Shown here: positions 45,567 to 54,259 of the stretch, in pieces
Position numbering within the stretch: position 1 is the stretch's first letter
Layout of the letters: each line of letters starts with the position of its first letter
DNA from: a bacterium
Lineage (GTDB): Bacteria; Verrucomicrobiota; Verrucomicrobiia; Limisphaerales; J093
DNA: 64,000 bases
Reading direction: 5' to 3'
Assembly (NCBI GenBank): GCA_021780105.1
Contig: JAJXZJ010000060.1
Location: forward strand, 74,691 to 138,690
The notes under the pieces: model-generated
What the model was told of the DNA's origin: nothing
Seen by the model: the letters and a program-made list of their open reading frames with translations, nothing else
Database searches by the model: none
Made by a program: the position numbers and the translations under genes

Positions 45567-47719
45567 TGTTTGCCCTCATTCGCCTTTTACTGCGATGGCT
45601 GTTCGGCTTTCGCGCCTTCGGCACCGATGTGTTGCGCACGCCCGGCCCCGTCCTCCTGGTGCCGAACCACGTTTCCTGGATTGACTGGCTGTTCCTTGGC
45701 GCATTGCTGGAGCGCGACTGGAAATTCGTCGTCTCCAGCGTCGCGGCGAATTACACGTGGATGCACCGGAAAATCATGCTCAACCGGCGCACCTTCGCGA
45801 TTGATCCGGCCTCGCCTTACGCGGCGAAACACATGGCCGAGCTGCTGGAACGCGGCGGCCGGCTGGTGCTGTTCGCCGAAGGCCAGATCAGCCGCACCGG
45901 CACGTTGATGAAGCTCTACGATGGCACCGGCTTTTTGCTGCACAAGACCCACGCCCGCGTCATCACCTGCTATCTCCGCGGCGCAAACCGCCTGCGCTGG
46001 TCGCGGCAGCCGGGCTGGCGACGCTGGTGGCCGCGCGTGTCGGCGCACTTCAGCCCGGTGCTTACGGCGCCGAAGCTGGAAAACGTCAGTGTCGCCCGCG
46101 CCCGCCGCCGGCTGACGAACTGGCTGCGCGACCAGATGGTGCGCCAGCAATTCGAGACGGAAATGGCGCTCGGCCCGGCGCACGTGCTCGAAGCCGTGCT
46201 CGAAGCCGCCCGCGCCACGCCGGACAAGGTGGTTTTGCAGGACGCCACCATGCAGGAACTGACCTACCGCCGGTTGTTGCTCAGCGCGGAACTGCTGGCC
46301 GGGCAACTTGGTCCGCGGCTGGCGGACGGGCCGGATCGCGTCGGCGTGCTGCTGCCGAATGTCAACGCCGCGCCGGTGCTGCTGCTGGCGTTGTGGTCGT
46401 GCGGCAAGGTCCCCGCCATCCTGAATTTTTCCACCGGCCCGGCGACGATGCTGGCCTGCGCGCAACTCGCCGGCTTGAAGCAGATTATCACGTCGAACGC
46501 CTTTCTCTCGCGCACCCGGCTCAGGCTCGATCCGCTGACCGACGCGGGCATCAAGTTGATTTTCCTCGAAGACGTCCGTACCGGAATTTCCCGCTTTGCG
46601 AAATTCGCTGCGTTGCTCCGGCACCGGGCCGGCATCGGGGGCCGCCTGCGGCCCGGCGGCCCGGCGGATGAGCCGGCCGCGGTGCTCTTCACCAGCGGCT
46701 CGGAAGGCATGCCCAAGGGCGTCGAGCTTACGCATCGCAACCTGCTGGCCAACATGCGCCAGATGCTTGCGATCATTGACATCACCGACCACGACCGGTT
46801 GTTCAACGCGATGCCGGTGTTCCACAGCTTCGGCCTCACCGTCGGCACATTGCTCGGCCTGGTGCGCGGGCTTTACGTGTTTCAATACCCGACGCCGTTG
46901 CACTTCCGCATCATTCCGAACCTCATTTACGACCGCAATTGCACGGTGTTCATCGCCACGAACACGTTCCTGAACGGCTATGCCCGCAAGGCGCAATCCT
47001 ACGACTTCCGGTCGCTGCGCTATCTGTTCGCCGGCGCGGAAAAGGTGCAGGAGGAAACGGCGCGCGTTTGGGCGCAGCGTTTCGGTGTGCGCATCCTCGA
47101 AGGCTACGGCGTCACCGAATGCAGTCCCGCGGTCAGCGCCAACACGCCGATGGCGCCGCGCCACGGCTCAGCGGGCCGCCTGGTGCCGGGCATGGAATGG
47201 AGACTGGAGCCCGTCGAGGGCGTCGCCGACGCCGGGCGCCTGTTCCTGCGCGGACCGAATGTGATGCGCGGCTATTTGAACGCCGAGGCCAACGCGCACT
47301 TCCAGGCGCTGGGCGGCTGGTATGACACCGGCGACATCGCCAGCGTGGACGAGGACGGTTTTCTGTTCCTGCGCGGCCGGCTGAAACGCTTCGCCAAGAT
47401 CAGCGGTGAAATGGTGAGCCTCACCGCGGTGGAGGACGCGCTGGCGGGCGCGTTTGCGAAATACGGCCTGCGCTGCGAAGTTGCCGTCGTTGCGCAACCC
47501 GACCACGACAAGGGTGAGGTGCTCGTCGCCATCACCAACGATTCGAACGTCAAGCTCGAGGACATTCGCGCCGTGCTCAAGGCCAAGGGACTGCCCAACC
47601 TCTGCGTGCCGCGCGAGGTGAAATACCTGCGCGACATTCCGAAGCTCGGCACCGGCAAGGTGGACTACCGTGAACTGGAAAAGGCACTCCAGGCCGCCAG
47701 CGCATCCACCGGCGGCTGA
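45566..47719 (+). CDS. aas: bifunctional 2-acylglycerophosphoethanolamine acyltransferase / acyl-ACP synthetase
   Basis: ATG 45566 overlaps the lnt stop (TGATG). N-terminal PlsC-type HxxxxD motif (NHVSWID). C-terminal adenylate-forming domain (..FTSGSEGMPKGV.., ..YDTGD..). Confidence 0.85.
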   Translation: MFALIRLLLRWLFGFRAFGTDVLRTPGPVLLVPNHVSWIDWLFLGALLERDWKFVVSSVAANYTWMHRKIMLNRRTFAIDPASPYAAKHMAELLERGGRLVLFAEGQISRTGTLMKLYDGTGFLLHKTHARVITCYLRGANRLRWSRQPGWRRWWPRVSAHFSPVLTAPKLENVSVARARRRLTNWLRDQMVRQQFETEMALGPAHVLEAVLEAARATPDKVVLQDATMQELTYRRLLLSAELLAGQLGPRLADGPDRVGVLLPNVNAAPVLLLALWSCGKVPAILNFSTGPATMLACAQLAGLKQIITSNAFLSRTRLRLDPLTDAGIKLIFLEDVRTGISRFAKFAALLRHRAGIGGRLRPGGPADEPAAVLFTSGSEGMPKGVELTHRNLLANMRQMLAIIDITDHDRLFNAMPVFHSFGLTVGTLLGLVRGLYVFQYPTPLHFRIIPNLIYDRNCTVFIATNTFLNGYARKAQSYDFRSLRYLFAGAEKVQEETARVWAQRFGVRILEGYGVTECSPAVSANTPMAPRHGSAGRLVPGMEWRLEPVEGVADAGRLFLRGPNVMRGYLNAEANAHFQALGGWYDTGDIASVDEDGFLFLRGRLKRFAKISGEMVSLTAVEDALAGAFAKYGLRCEVAVVAQPDHDKGEVLVAITNDSNVKLEDIRAVLKAKGLPNLCVPREVKYLRDIPKLGTGKVDYRELEKALQAASASTGG

Positions 47720-47731
47720 CGGGAAACCCGC

Positions 47732-48802
47732 TCAAAACGGCAATTGCGGCTGGCCGGCGGGCGGCGGCGGTTCGTCGTCCCGCCTCGCCTGCGACGACGC
47801 GTGGTTCGACTCCGGTTCCCCGGCGATCGGTTCCATTGTTGGCGCCGACGCGGGAGTTTGCCCGGCCGGAGGTTCACTCAACGTGGCTCCCGCCGCCGTC
47901 GTTGTTGGCGTGATTGCCGTTGGCTCCGGCGTTGGCGCTCCATCCGGTTCCGCACCCGCTGTGGCAACGGATGCTTCCGGCAGGGACGGAACCAGGTTGA
48001 CTTCAGTGGGTGGAACCGGCGGTTGCAGCGCCACGAGCGCCGGCCGGATCAGTTGGCCCTGAAACGCGTAACCGGTGGCGAGCGTCTCGGCCACGAGCGC
48101 GCCGGCCGGGATCGTCGTCTTGGCGTCGGGAAGCTGGTGCAGCTTGGCGTCGAACGGCGCGCCCGGCTCGGCCATCACAGGCGTCAGGCCCACCCGTCGG
48201 ACGACGTCGCGGCAGGCGTTTTGAAAATGCCCGATTTGTTCGATGATCCCCGACTGACCAGAATGCACCGCCGCCACGAACAGCGCGTAGGTATGATCCA
48301 ACAGGCGCACCGCGACCTGCAGCCACTCGGCCTCGGCGCGGCGCAGTTTGTCCACTTCGAGCCGCAGGTGACTGCGCTCCGTGCTGGTCGCCTGTTCGAG
48401 AAACGCGCGGAAGCTGGTTTGTTCGGCGGTCATGCGGTCGGCGATTTCCCGCGCGGCATTGACTGCCAGTGCGGCGTGTTCGTGCGCCGTCTGCCACTGG
48501 CCCGTGGCGTGACCGATGCGTTCGGCCACCTGTTCGAGCTGCTGGATTTGCGCCAGCGTGTCCGCGAGCGTCGCGGTTTCCGCAAGTCTCAGCTCCGCCT
48601 TGTGCCGGAGCACAAACGGCCAGACGCCCAGCCACGCGCCCAGCGCCACGCACGCGCCGAAGCCGGCGATTTCGTAGGGCGTCATCGGCCGCCGGGCCTG
48701 GTCGAAGATGAGAAACGCCGCCGCCAGCAGCAGCAGGTCGCCGATCGCAAACGGTGCCACGAACACGGCGCCGCGGGGTGCGGCTGGAGTTTGGTCCGTC
48801 AT
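47732..48802 (-). CDS. membrane-anchored GrpE-domain protein
   Basis: Start ATG 48802 preferred; the track GTG 48871 and ATG 48865 would overlap the fumarase promoter. Two TM segments (AVFVAPFAIGDLLLLAAAFLIF, IAGFGACVALGAWLGVWPFVL) and a long helical region. Then ..VVRRVGLTPVMAEPGAPFDAKLHQ..TLATGYAFQGQLIRPALVAL.., matching the GrpE C-terminal pattern. Pro/Thr/Ala-rich tail. Confidence 0.55.
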   Translation of the reverse strand: MTDQTPAAPRGAVFVAPFAIGDLLLLAAAFLIFDQARRPMTPYEIAGFGACVALGAWLGVWPFVLRHKAELRLAETATLADTLAQIQQLEQVAERIGHATGQWQTAHEHAALAVNAAREIADRMTAEQTSFRAFLEQATSTERSHLRLEVDKLRRAEAEWLQVAVRLLDHTYALFVAAVHSGQSGIIEQIGHFQNACRDVVRRVGLTPVMAEPGAPFDAKLHQLPDAKTTIPAGALVAETLATGYAFQGQLIRPALVALQPPVPPTEVNLVPSLPEASVATAGAEPDGAPTPEPTAITPTTTAAGATLSEPPAGQTPASAPTMEPIAGEPESNHASSQARRDDEPPPPAGQPQLPF

Positions 48803-48864
48803 CACGGCAAAAGGTTTAGGCGATTTGCCGGTGCGAGGCGAGCACTTGTTGTGGCGCGCCGTCA

Positions 48865-48893
48865 TTGACACTCCGCCGGCCGGCCATTAGCGT
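48865..48893 (+). promoter_or_regulatory. sigma70-like promoter of the fumarase operon (leaderless layout)
   Basis: TTGACA 48865-48870, 17-nt spacer, TAGCGT 48888-48893, then 9 nt to ATG 48903. Confidence 0.5.
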
Positions 48894-48902
48894 GCTTCCG
48901 CA

Positions 48903-49781
48903 ATGAATGTTTTGCAGGATTCGTTGATTGAATTGATCCGGCGCACGTCGGCCGAGATTCCGGACGACGTGCAGCGCACCATCCTTCAGGCGCTCGAGCG
49001 GGAGAAGCAGGGCACCATTGCCGAGTCGGCCTTCCAAATCATCGAACAGAACATCGCGCTGGCGAAGCAGAAGTCCCAGCCCATCTGCCAGGACACCGGC
49101 AGCGTGCTGTTCTATGTGGACGGTCCGGTGGGCTACGATCAAATCGCCTTCGCCGAGGCCGGCCGTGCCGCCGTGACCCAGGCGACGAAAAAGGGCTATC
49201 TCCGGCAAAATTCCGTGGATTCACTGACGGGCAGGAACGACGGCACCAACGTCGGTCCCGGCGCGCCCACGTTTCATTTTCACCAACACCGCTCCGCGGA
49301 GATCGCGGTCCGCCTCGTGCTCAAGGGCGGCGGCTGCGAAAACGTCGGCGCGCAATATTCGCTGCCGGCCGAGCAGCTCAAGGCGGACCGCGATCTTGAT
49401 GGCTGCCGCAAAGTGATTCTCGACGCCGTCCTGCAGGCGCAGGGCAAGGGCTGTGGGCCGGGCGTGCTGGGCGTTTGCATCGGCGGCGACCGCGCCACGG
49501 GCTACGAGTTTTCCAAGACCCAACTGTTGCGCAAGCTGGACGATCGCAACCCGGTTCCGGAACTTGACCGGCTGGAGCAGGACATTCTCAAAACCGCGAA
49601 CGAACTCGGCATCGGGCCGATGGGATTTGGCGGCAGGACAACGTTGCTCGGCGTGAAGATTCGCGCGGCGAACCGCGTGCCGGCGTCGTATTTCGTCAGC
49701 GTCAGCTACATGTGCTGGGCCTTCCGCCGGCAGGGCGTAATGCTGGACGAACAAGGCAGCATCCAAACCTGGCTTTACTGA
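48903..49781 (+). CDS. class I (Fe-S) fumarate hydratase / tartrate dehydratase, alpha subunit
   Basis: ..QPICQDTGSVLFYVD.. and the rest resemble the N-terminal (alpha) domain of Fe-S hydro-lyases. Confidence 0.85.
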   Translation: MNVLQDSLIELIRRTSAEIPDDVQRTILQALEREKQGTIAESAFQIIEQNIALAKQKSQPICQDTGSVLFYVDGPVGYDQIAFAEAGRAAVTQATKKGYLRQNSVDSLTGRNDGTNVGPGAPTFHFHQHRSAEIAVRLVLKGGGCENVGAQYSLPAEQLKADRDLDGCRKVILDAVLQAQGKGCGPGVLGVCIGGDRATGYEFSKTQLLRKLDDRNPVPELDRLEQDILKTANELGIGPMGFGGRTTLLGVKIRAANRVPASYFVSVSYMCWAFRRQGVMLDEQGSIQTWLY

Positions 49782-49788
49782 TTTCTCC

Positions 49789-50364
49789 ATGATCCACCTC
49801 ACCGCTCCCTTCACCGAAGAGAAAATCCGCGCGCTGAAAGTCGGCGACGCGGTGGAAATCACCGGCGTGCTGTTCACCGGCCGCGACGCCGTCCACAAAT
49901 ATCTCGCCAAAGGCGGCGAGCTGCCGCCGGGCGTGAACCTGCGCGACGGCATCATTTACCACTGCGGCCCGGTGGTGTTGAAAGACGCCGCCAGCCAGTG
50001 GAAAGTCGTCGCCGCCGGCCCCACGACCTCGATTCGCGAAGAACCGTATCAGGCGGGGATCATCGAAAAATTCGGGGTGCGCGGTGTCATCGGCAAGGGC
50101 GGCATGGGTGACCGCACGCTTGCGGCCTGCAAGGCGAGCGGCGCGGTTTACCTGCACGCCATCGGCGGCGCCGCGCAGGTGCTGGCGGAGAAGATCACCG
50201 CCGTCCGCAACGTTTACCTGATGGACAAGTTCGGCTCGCCGGAGGCGATCTGGGAACTACAGGTCGAGCGTTTTCCGGTGGTCGTCACCATGGACGCCCA
50301 CGGCCGCTCGTTGCACCAGGAGGTGTTTGCCGCAAGTTCCGCGGAACTCGCGAAACGGCTCTGA
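49789..50364 (+). CDS. class I fumarate hydratase / tartrate dehydratase, beta subunit
   Basis: ..GVLFTGRDAVHK.., ..IYHCGP.., ..GKGGMG.. are typical of the beta (C-terminal) domain. Confidence 0.85.
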   Translation: MIHLTAPFTEEKIRALKVGDAVEITGVLFTGRDAVHKYLAKGGELPPGVNLRDGIIYHCGPVVLKDAASQWKVVAAGPTTSIREEPYQAGIIEKFGVRGVIGKGGMGDRTLAACKASGAVYLHAIGGAAQVLAEKITAVRNVYLMDKFGSPEAIWELQVERFPVVVTMDAHGRSLHQEVFAASSAELAKRL

Positions 50365-50383
50365 TCCGCCGCCCGGCCCGCCG

Positions 50384-50725
50384 ATGCACGAGGTCGGCCT
50401 CATCCAGAACGCCGTGGCAATGGCGCTGGAGACGGTGCGTTCGCGCGGAGCGGGCCGGGTGCATGCCATCCGCCTGCGTATCGGCGCCATGAGCGGCGTG
50501 GTGCCGGAGGCCTTGCAGTTTGCCTTCGATCTGGCCTGCCGCGGCACACCCGCGGAGGGCGCGGCGCTGGAGATTGAAGCCGTGCCGGCCGTGTGCTGGT
50601 GCGCGGCCTGCGCGGCGGAATTCGCCTGCGACGATTTCCTCGGCGAGTGTCCCCGCTGCCATGCCGTCAGCGCGGAACTCCGCCGGGGAACCGAAATGGA
50701 GCTGGCGGCCGTCGAGGTCTCCTGA
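50384..50725 (+). CDS. hypA: hydrogenase/urease nickel incorporation protein HypA
   Basis: ATG 50384. MHEVGL.. N-terminus and two CxxC pairs (CWCAAC, CPRCH). 113 aa. Confidence 0.8.
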   Translation: MHEVGLIQNAVAMALETVRSRGAGRVHAIRLRIGAMSGVVPEALQFAFDLACRGTPAEGAALEIEAVPAVCWCAACAAEFACDDFLGECPRCHAVSAELRRGTEMELAAVEVS

Positions 50726-50765
50726 CGGCGGCTGCAGGGGAGAACCCGGTTTGCGGACGAGCGCC

Positions 50766-50798
50766 TTGACATCCAGCCATTCGGTTACATCTTATAAT
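50766..50798 (+). promoter_or_regulatory. promoter elements upstream of msrA
   Basis: Perfect TATAAT at 50793-50798, 11 nt before ATG 50810 and 5 nt before TTG 50804. Perfect TTGACA at 50766-50771, but with a non-canonical 21-nt spacing. Confidence 0.4.
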
Positions 50799-50809
50799 CA
50801 CAATTGAAA

Positions 50810-51448
50810 ATGCTGATTCAATTCCTGTTCGTTCTGGCCGCGGTGGCGGTCACGGTGATGGTCACGGAGAATTTCACGGGACAGGCCGCGGGCGGCAATC
50901 CGGAGGCGCCGGCGCCGGCGCCGAAAGTTCCTCCGGGCGCCGAGGTCATCACGCTCGGGGCCGGTTGCTTCTGGTGCACCGAGGCGGTCTTCCAGCAAAT
51001 TTCCGGGGTGCTCTCGGTGACGTCCGGTTACATGGGCGGCACGGTCAAAAATCCCACCTACCGCCAGGTCTGCACCGGTGCCACCGGTCACGCCGAGGTT
51101 TCCCGCATTGTGTTCGACCCCAAGCAGGTCAGCCTGGCGCAAATTCTCGACGTTTTCTGGCGGGCGCACGATCCGACGTCGCTGAACCGTCAAGGCCCGG
51201 ATGAGGGAACGCAGTACCGCTCGGTCATTTTTTACGAGACGGACGCGCAGCAGAAAGTTGCCGAACAATCGAAGGCGGCGGCGGCGAAAAAGTTTCCCCG
51301 GCCCATTGTGACGGAAATCGTCAAAGCCGGGGAATTTTATCCGGCGGAGAATTACCACCAGGATTACTATCAGTTGAACAAGAACCGGAATCCTTACTGC
51401 CGCGCCGTGATTGCGCCGAAGCTGGAACATCTGGGGCTTAAGCAATGA
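50810..51448 (+). CDS. msrA: peptide-methionine (S)-S-oxide reductase MsrA with N-terminal signal/anchor
   Basis: Hydrophobic N-terminus LIQFLFVLAAVAVTVMV, then ..LGAGCFWCTEAVF.. (active site). An alternative TTG start lies at 50804. Confidence 0.9.
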   Translation: MLIQFLFVLAAVAVTVMVTENFTGQAAGGNPEAPAPAPKVPPGAEVITLGAGCFWCTEAVFQQISGVLSVTSGYMGGTVKNPTYRQVCTGATGHAEVSRIVFDPKQVSLAQILDVFWRAHDPTSLNRQGPDEGTQYRSVIFYETDAQQKVAEQSKAAAAKKFPRPIVTEIVKAGEFYPAENYHQDYYQLNKNRNPYCRAVIAPKLEHLGLKQ

Positions 51449-51457
51449 AGGCGGTTT

Positions 51458-52054
51458 ATGCGTTTCCTGAACTGGCTCGTGAGCGGAATGATGTTGGCGG
51501 CGTTTGTCGGGGGGCGGGTGTCGGCCACCGATGCGCCGGCCTCCGCGGCGATGCACCCTCCCTCCACGTCCATGATTGAAGTGCGATTACTCGACGATCA
51601 AGGGCGGCTTCTGCCCGCAGCCGCCGTCCCGAAGGTGATCAAGACCGACGCCGAATGGCAGTGTCAGCTCACGCCGGAGCAATATCGCATCGCCCGCGGC
51701 AAAGGCACCGAGCCGGCTTTTTGCGGGACGCTTTACGATAACCACAAGCCCGGCGTTTACTATTGCATCTGCTGTGACCTGCCGTTGTTCACCTCCGAAG
51801 CCAAGTTCAATTCCGGCACCGGCTGGCCGAGCTTTTTCACGCCCGTGGCCGCGGAAAACATCGTCACCCGGCTGGATTTGAGCTATGGGATGCGCCGGAT
51901 GGAAGTCATGTGCGCCCGCTGTGGCGCGCATCTGGGCCATGTTTTTGAGGATGGGCCGAAACCCACCGGCCTGCGTTATTGCGTCAACTCCGCCTCGCTG
52001 GTGTTCAAAGAGAACACGCATTTTCGGGATGCCACCGGCGTGGCGAAACCCTGA
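51458..52054 (+). CDS. msrB: peptide-methionine (R)-S-oxide reductase MsrB with signal peptide
   Basis: Signal-like [23 protein letters not shown]. Zn cysteines ..CICC.. and ..CARCG.. Catalytic ..GLRYCVNS.. Confidence 0.9.
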   Translation: MRFLNWLVSGMMLAAFVGGRVSATDAPASAAMHPPSTSMIEVRLLDDQGRLLPAAAVPKVIKTDAEWQCQLTPEQYRIARGKGTEPAFCGTLYDNHKPGVYYCICCDLPLFTSEAKFNSGTGWPSFFTPVAAENIVTRLDLSYGMRRMEVMCARCGAHLGHVFEDGPKPTGLRYCVNSASLVFKENTHFRDATGVAKP

Positions 52055-52066
52055 ACGCCGCGCCGC

Positions 52067-53230
52067 TCAACGCGAGACGGCCTCCGCCACGGCCTCGCGA
52101 ATCAACGTGCGAAACCGTCCGATGCCTTCATCGAACACGGCGGCGATGGGCAGCACGGGCGTGCGCGGCACGCGCCGCTTGAACTTGCGCAGGTTCGCCT
52201 CCGCGACCGGTTCGTCCATTTTGTTGGCCACCACCAGACGCGGCCTCGCCAGCAGCCTGCGGTCGTAGAGGCCGAGTTCGTCCAGCAGTTGATGGTAATC
52301 GTCCCACGGCGCCCGGCCGTCGGTGCCGGCCATGTCCAGCAGCAGGACGAGCACTTTGCAGCGCTCGATGTGGCGCAAGAAGGCGTGGCCCAAGCCCACG
52401 TTCCGGTGGGCGCCGGCAATCAGGCCCGGCACGTCGCAGACGGTGAGCCGGTGCCAGTCCGGGTATTCCACCATGCCGATCTGCGGGTGCAGGGTGGTGA
52501 ACGGATACGGCGCGATCTTCGGCCGCGCCTGCGAGATGGCAGCCAGCAGCGTGGACTTGCCGGCGTTCGGGTAGCCGACGAGGCCAACCTCGGCAATCAG
52601 GCGCAGTTCGAGCAGAAAATCGCCCTCCTCACCCGGTTCGCCGGGCTGCGCAAAACGCGGTGTCTGGCGGCGGGATGTGGCAAAATTGCGGTTGCCCAGG
52701 CCGCCGCGGCCGCCGCGGCACAGGATGAATTGCTGGCCGTGCCCGGTGAGATCAGCGATCAAGTCTTCCTTCGCCGCGCCGGTGGATGTGGACGGCGCTT
52801 CCGCTTCGGCGGACAAATCAATCTCCATGGCCCGCCCGCCGCCGCTGGCACGCAAGACCGGCCGCTGGCTGGCACTGACGGGCAACGGTGCCGGCGCTGG
52901 CGACTTGTTTTCCGGCGGGGATGCCGGGACGGTTGGCAGCCGCCAGACCAGCGTGCCGCAGGGGACTTTGACCAGCAAATCGTCTCCGGCGTGGCCGTCC
53001 ATGCCTTTGCCCATGCCGGCGTGGCCGTTTTCCGCAATGAGCCGCGGCGTGTAATACTGCGCGACGAGATTGTTCAAATCGTGGTCCGCCTGCAGCACGA
53101 CGTTGCCGCCGCGGCCGCCGTTGCCGCCGGAAGGGCCGCCCTTGGGCCGGAAGGTTTCGCGCAGAAAGGCGACACAGCCTTTGCCGCCGTGGCCGGCACG
53201 GGCGAAGATGCGGATTTCGTCGATGAACAT
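52067..53230 (-). CDS. obg: GTPase Obg/CgtA
   Basis: Gly-rich Obg fold ([30 protein letters not shown]..). G1 [10 protein letters not shown]3 DVPG, G4 NKMD. Confidence 0.9.
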   Translation of the reverse strand: MFIDEIRIFARAGHGGKGCVAFLRETFRPKGGPSGGNGGRGGNVVLQADHDLNNLVAQYYTPRLIAENGHAGMGKGMDGHAGDDLLVKVPCGTLVWRLPTVPASPPENKSPAPAPLPVSASQRPVLRASGGGRAMEIDLSAEAEAPSTSTGAAKEDLIADLTGHGQQFILCRGGRGGLGNRNFATSRRQTPRFAQPGEPGEEGDFLLELRLIAEVGLVGYPNAGKSTLLAAISQARPKIAPYPFTTLHPQIGMVEYPDWHRLTVCDVPGLIAGAHRNVGLGHAFLRHIERCKVLVLLLDMAGTDGRAPWDDYHQLLDELGLYDRRLLARPRLVVANKMDEPVAEANLRKFKRRVPRTPVLPIAAVFDEGIGRFRTLIREAVAEAVSR

Positions 53231-53256
53231 GGGCTGGATGAAAACCGGCCGCGCGC

Positions 53257-53285
53257 AAAAAAAAGGCGAGGCGCGCGGCCTCGCC
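53257..53285 (-). terminator. Rho-independent terminator between rpmA and obg
   Basis: On the minus strand: GGCGAGGC (53285-53278), loop CGCGC, GCCTCGCC (53272-53265), followed by T8 (53264-53257). It lies 24 nt after the rpmA stop and ends 26 nt before the obg ATG. Confidence 0.75.
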
Positions 53286-53308
53286 CTGAAGTTGTCTTCC
53301 GCGGCGCG

Positions 53309-53584
53309 TCAGTTTTTCGCGGCCGCGGCCGGGTTGGCGGAGGGAACGACGACGTTCACCCGTTTGCCGTTCTTGTCGAACTTCACCTGCCCATTGATCA
53401 GCGCGAAAAGCGTCCAGTCCCGACCGACGCCAACGTTTTCACCCGCGACAAACTTGGTGCCGCGCTGGCGGACGAGAATGCTGCCGGCGGTGACGTTCTG
53501 CCCGCCAAATTCTTTGACGCCCAGCCGCTTGCCCTTGCTGTCACGACCGTTGCGGACGCTGCCGCCGCCTTTTTTGTGTGCCAT
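53309..53584 (-). CDS. rpmA: 50S ribosomal protein L27
   Basis: ATG 53584. [24 protein letters not shown].. is the canonical L27 N-terminus. Confidence 0.95.
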   Translation of the reverse strand: MAHKKGGGSVRNGRDSKGKRLGVKEFGGQNVTAGSILVRQRGTKFVAGENVGVGRDWTLFALINGQVKFDKNGKRVNVVVPSANPAAAAKN

Positions 53585-53589
53585 AAAAG

Positions 53590-53901
53590 TTAGAGTTTGA
53601 TTTCCGTGACCTTGACCACGGTGAGTTCCTGGCGATGGCCGACCTTGCGATGATAGCCCTTGCGGCGTTTCATCTTCCACGCGATTTTTTTATCGCCGCG
53701 GATGTGCTTCACCACGTCGGCCATGACGCTGGCACCCGCCACCGTGGGCGTGCCCACCGCGAGCTTGCCGTCGTTGCTCACCAGCAACACGCGTTCAAAC
53801 GTGACCGGCTTGCCGGCCTCGGTTTCGAGCCGCTCGACCTCCAGCGTGTCGCCTGCGGCCACGCGATACTGTTTGCCACCTGTTTCCAGAACTGCGTACA
53901 T
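53590..53901 (-). CDS. rplU: 50S ribosomal protein L21
   Basis: [23 protein letters not shown].. is the canonical L21. Confidence 0.95.
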   Translation of the reverse strand: MYAVLETGGKQYRVAAGDTLEVERLETEAGKPVTFERVLLVSNDGKLAVGTPTVAGASVMADVVKHIRGDKKIAWKMKRRKGYHRKVGHRQELTVVKVTEIKL

Positions 53902-53925
53902 AAATTCCGAATCGAAAGGGCGTGA

Positions 53926-53954
53926 ACTAAACCAGAGCGGGGTGGGGGTGTCAA
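53926..53954 (-). promoter_or_regulatory. sigma70-like promoter of rplU-rpmA
   Basis: On the minus strand: TTGACA (53954-53949), 17-nt spacer, TTTAGT (53931-53926), about 24 nt upstream of ATG 53901. Confidence 0.5.
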
Positions 53955-54161
53955 CCCTCGATTTTGCCCGATGCTGGCCTCACCTGAGGGCGATGGCCTG
54001 CAAACCACCCCATGCGATCATCCGGCCACGCTTTCGCCACCTGGATGCTTCCGCGGTGCTTGATCTGCGTGGAGAGCGTCACCTTTGACCCTTCCATTTC
54101 GAGCGTTTCTTGCGTTGGAACTGTGCCAGCGGCCCAAGAAGCCTTAATTGACGAAGAAAAC

Positions 54162-54246
54162 TGGTGCGGATAGCAGGACTTGAACCTGCACGCCTTGCGG
54201 CACTACCACCTCAAAGTAGCGTGTCTGCCAATTCCACCATATCCGC
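54162..54246 (-). tRNA. tRNA-Leu (anticodon GAG)
   Basis: The reverse complement folds as acceptor GCGGATA/TATCCGC, anticodon arm CTACT-TTGAGGT-GGTAG, a 13-nt variable arm and T arm GCAGG-TTCAAGT-CCTGC. CCA is encoded. Confidence 0.9.
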
Positions 54247-54259
54247 AGCCCGACGCAAA

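Noticed and set aside
50766-50798. TTGACA and TATAAT upstream of msrA read as one canonical promoter.
   Set aside because: Both hexamers are perfect but 21 nt apart, outside the 16-18 nt window. I kept them as a low-confidence feature only; the -10 may work with a different upstream element.
53955-54161. The 207-nt spacer between the rplU promoter and tRNA-Leu, considered as a possible ncRNA (RNase P, SRP, tmRNA or 6S).
   Set aside because: I could not find any of the conserved boxes I know for these RNAs, and no convincing extended structure. Left unannotated.
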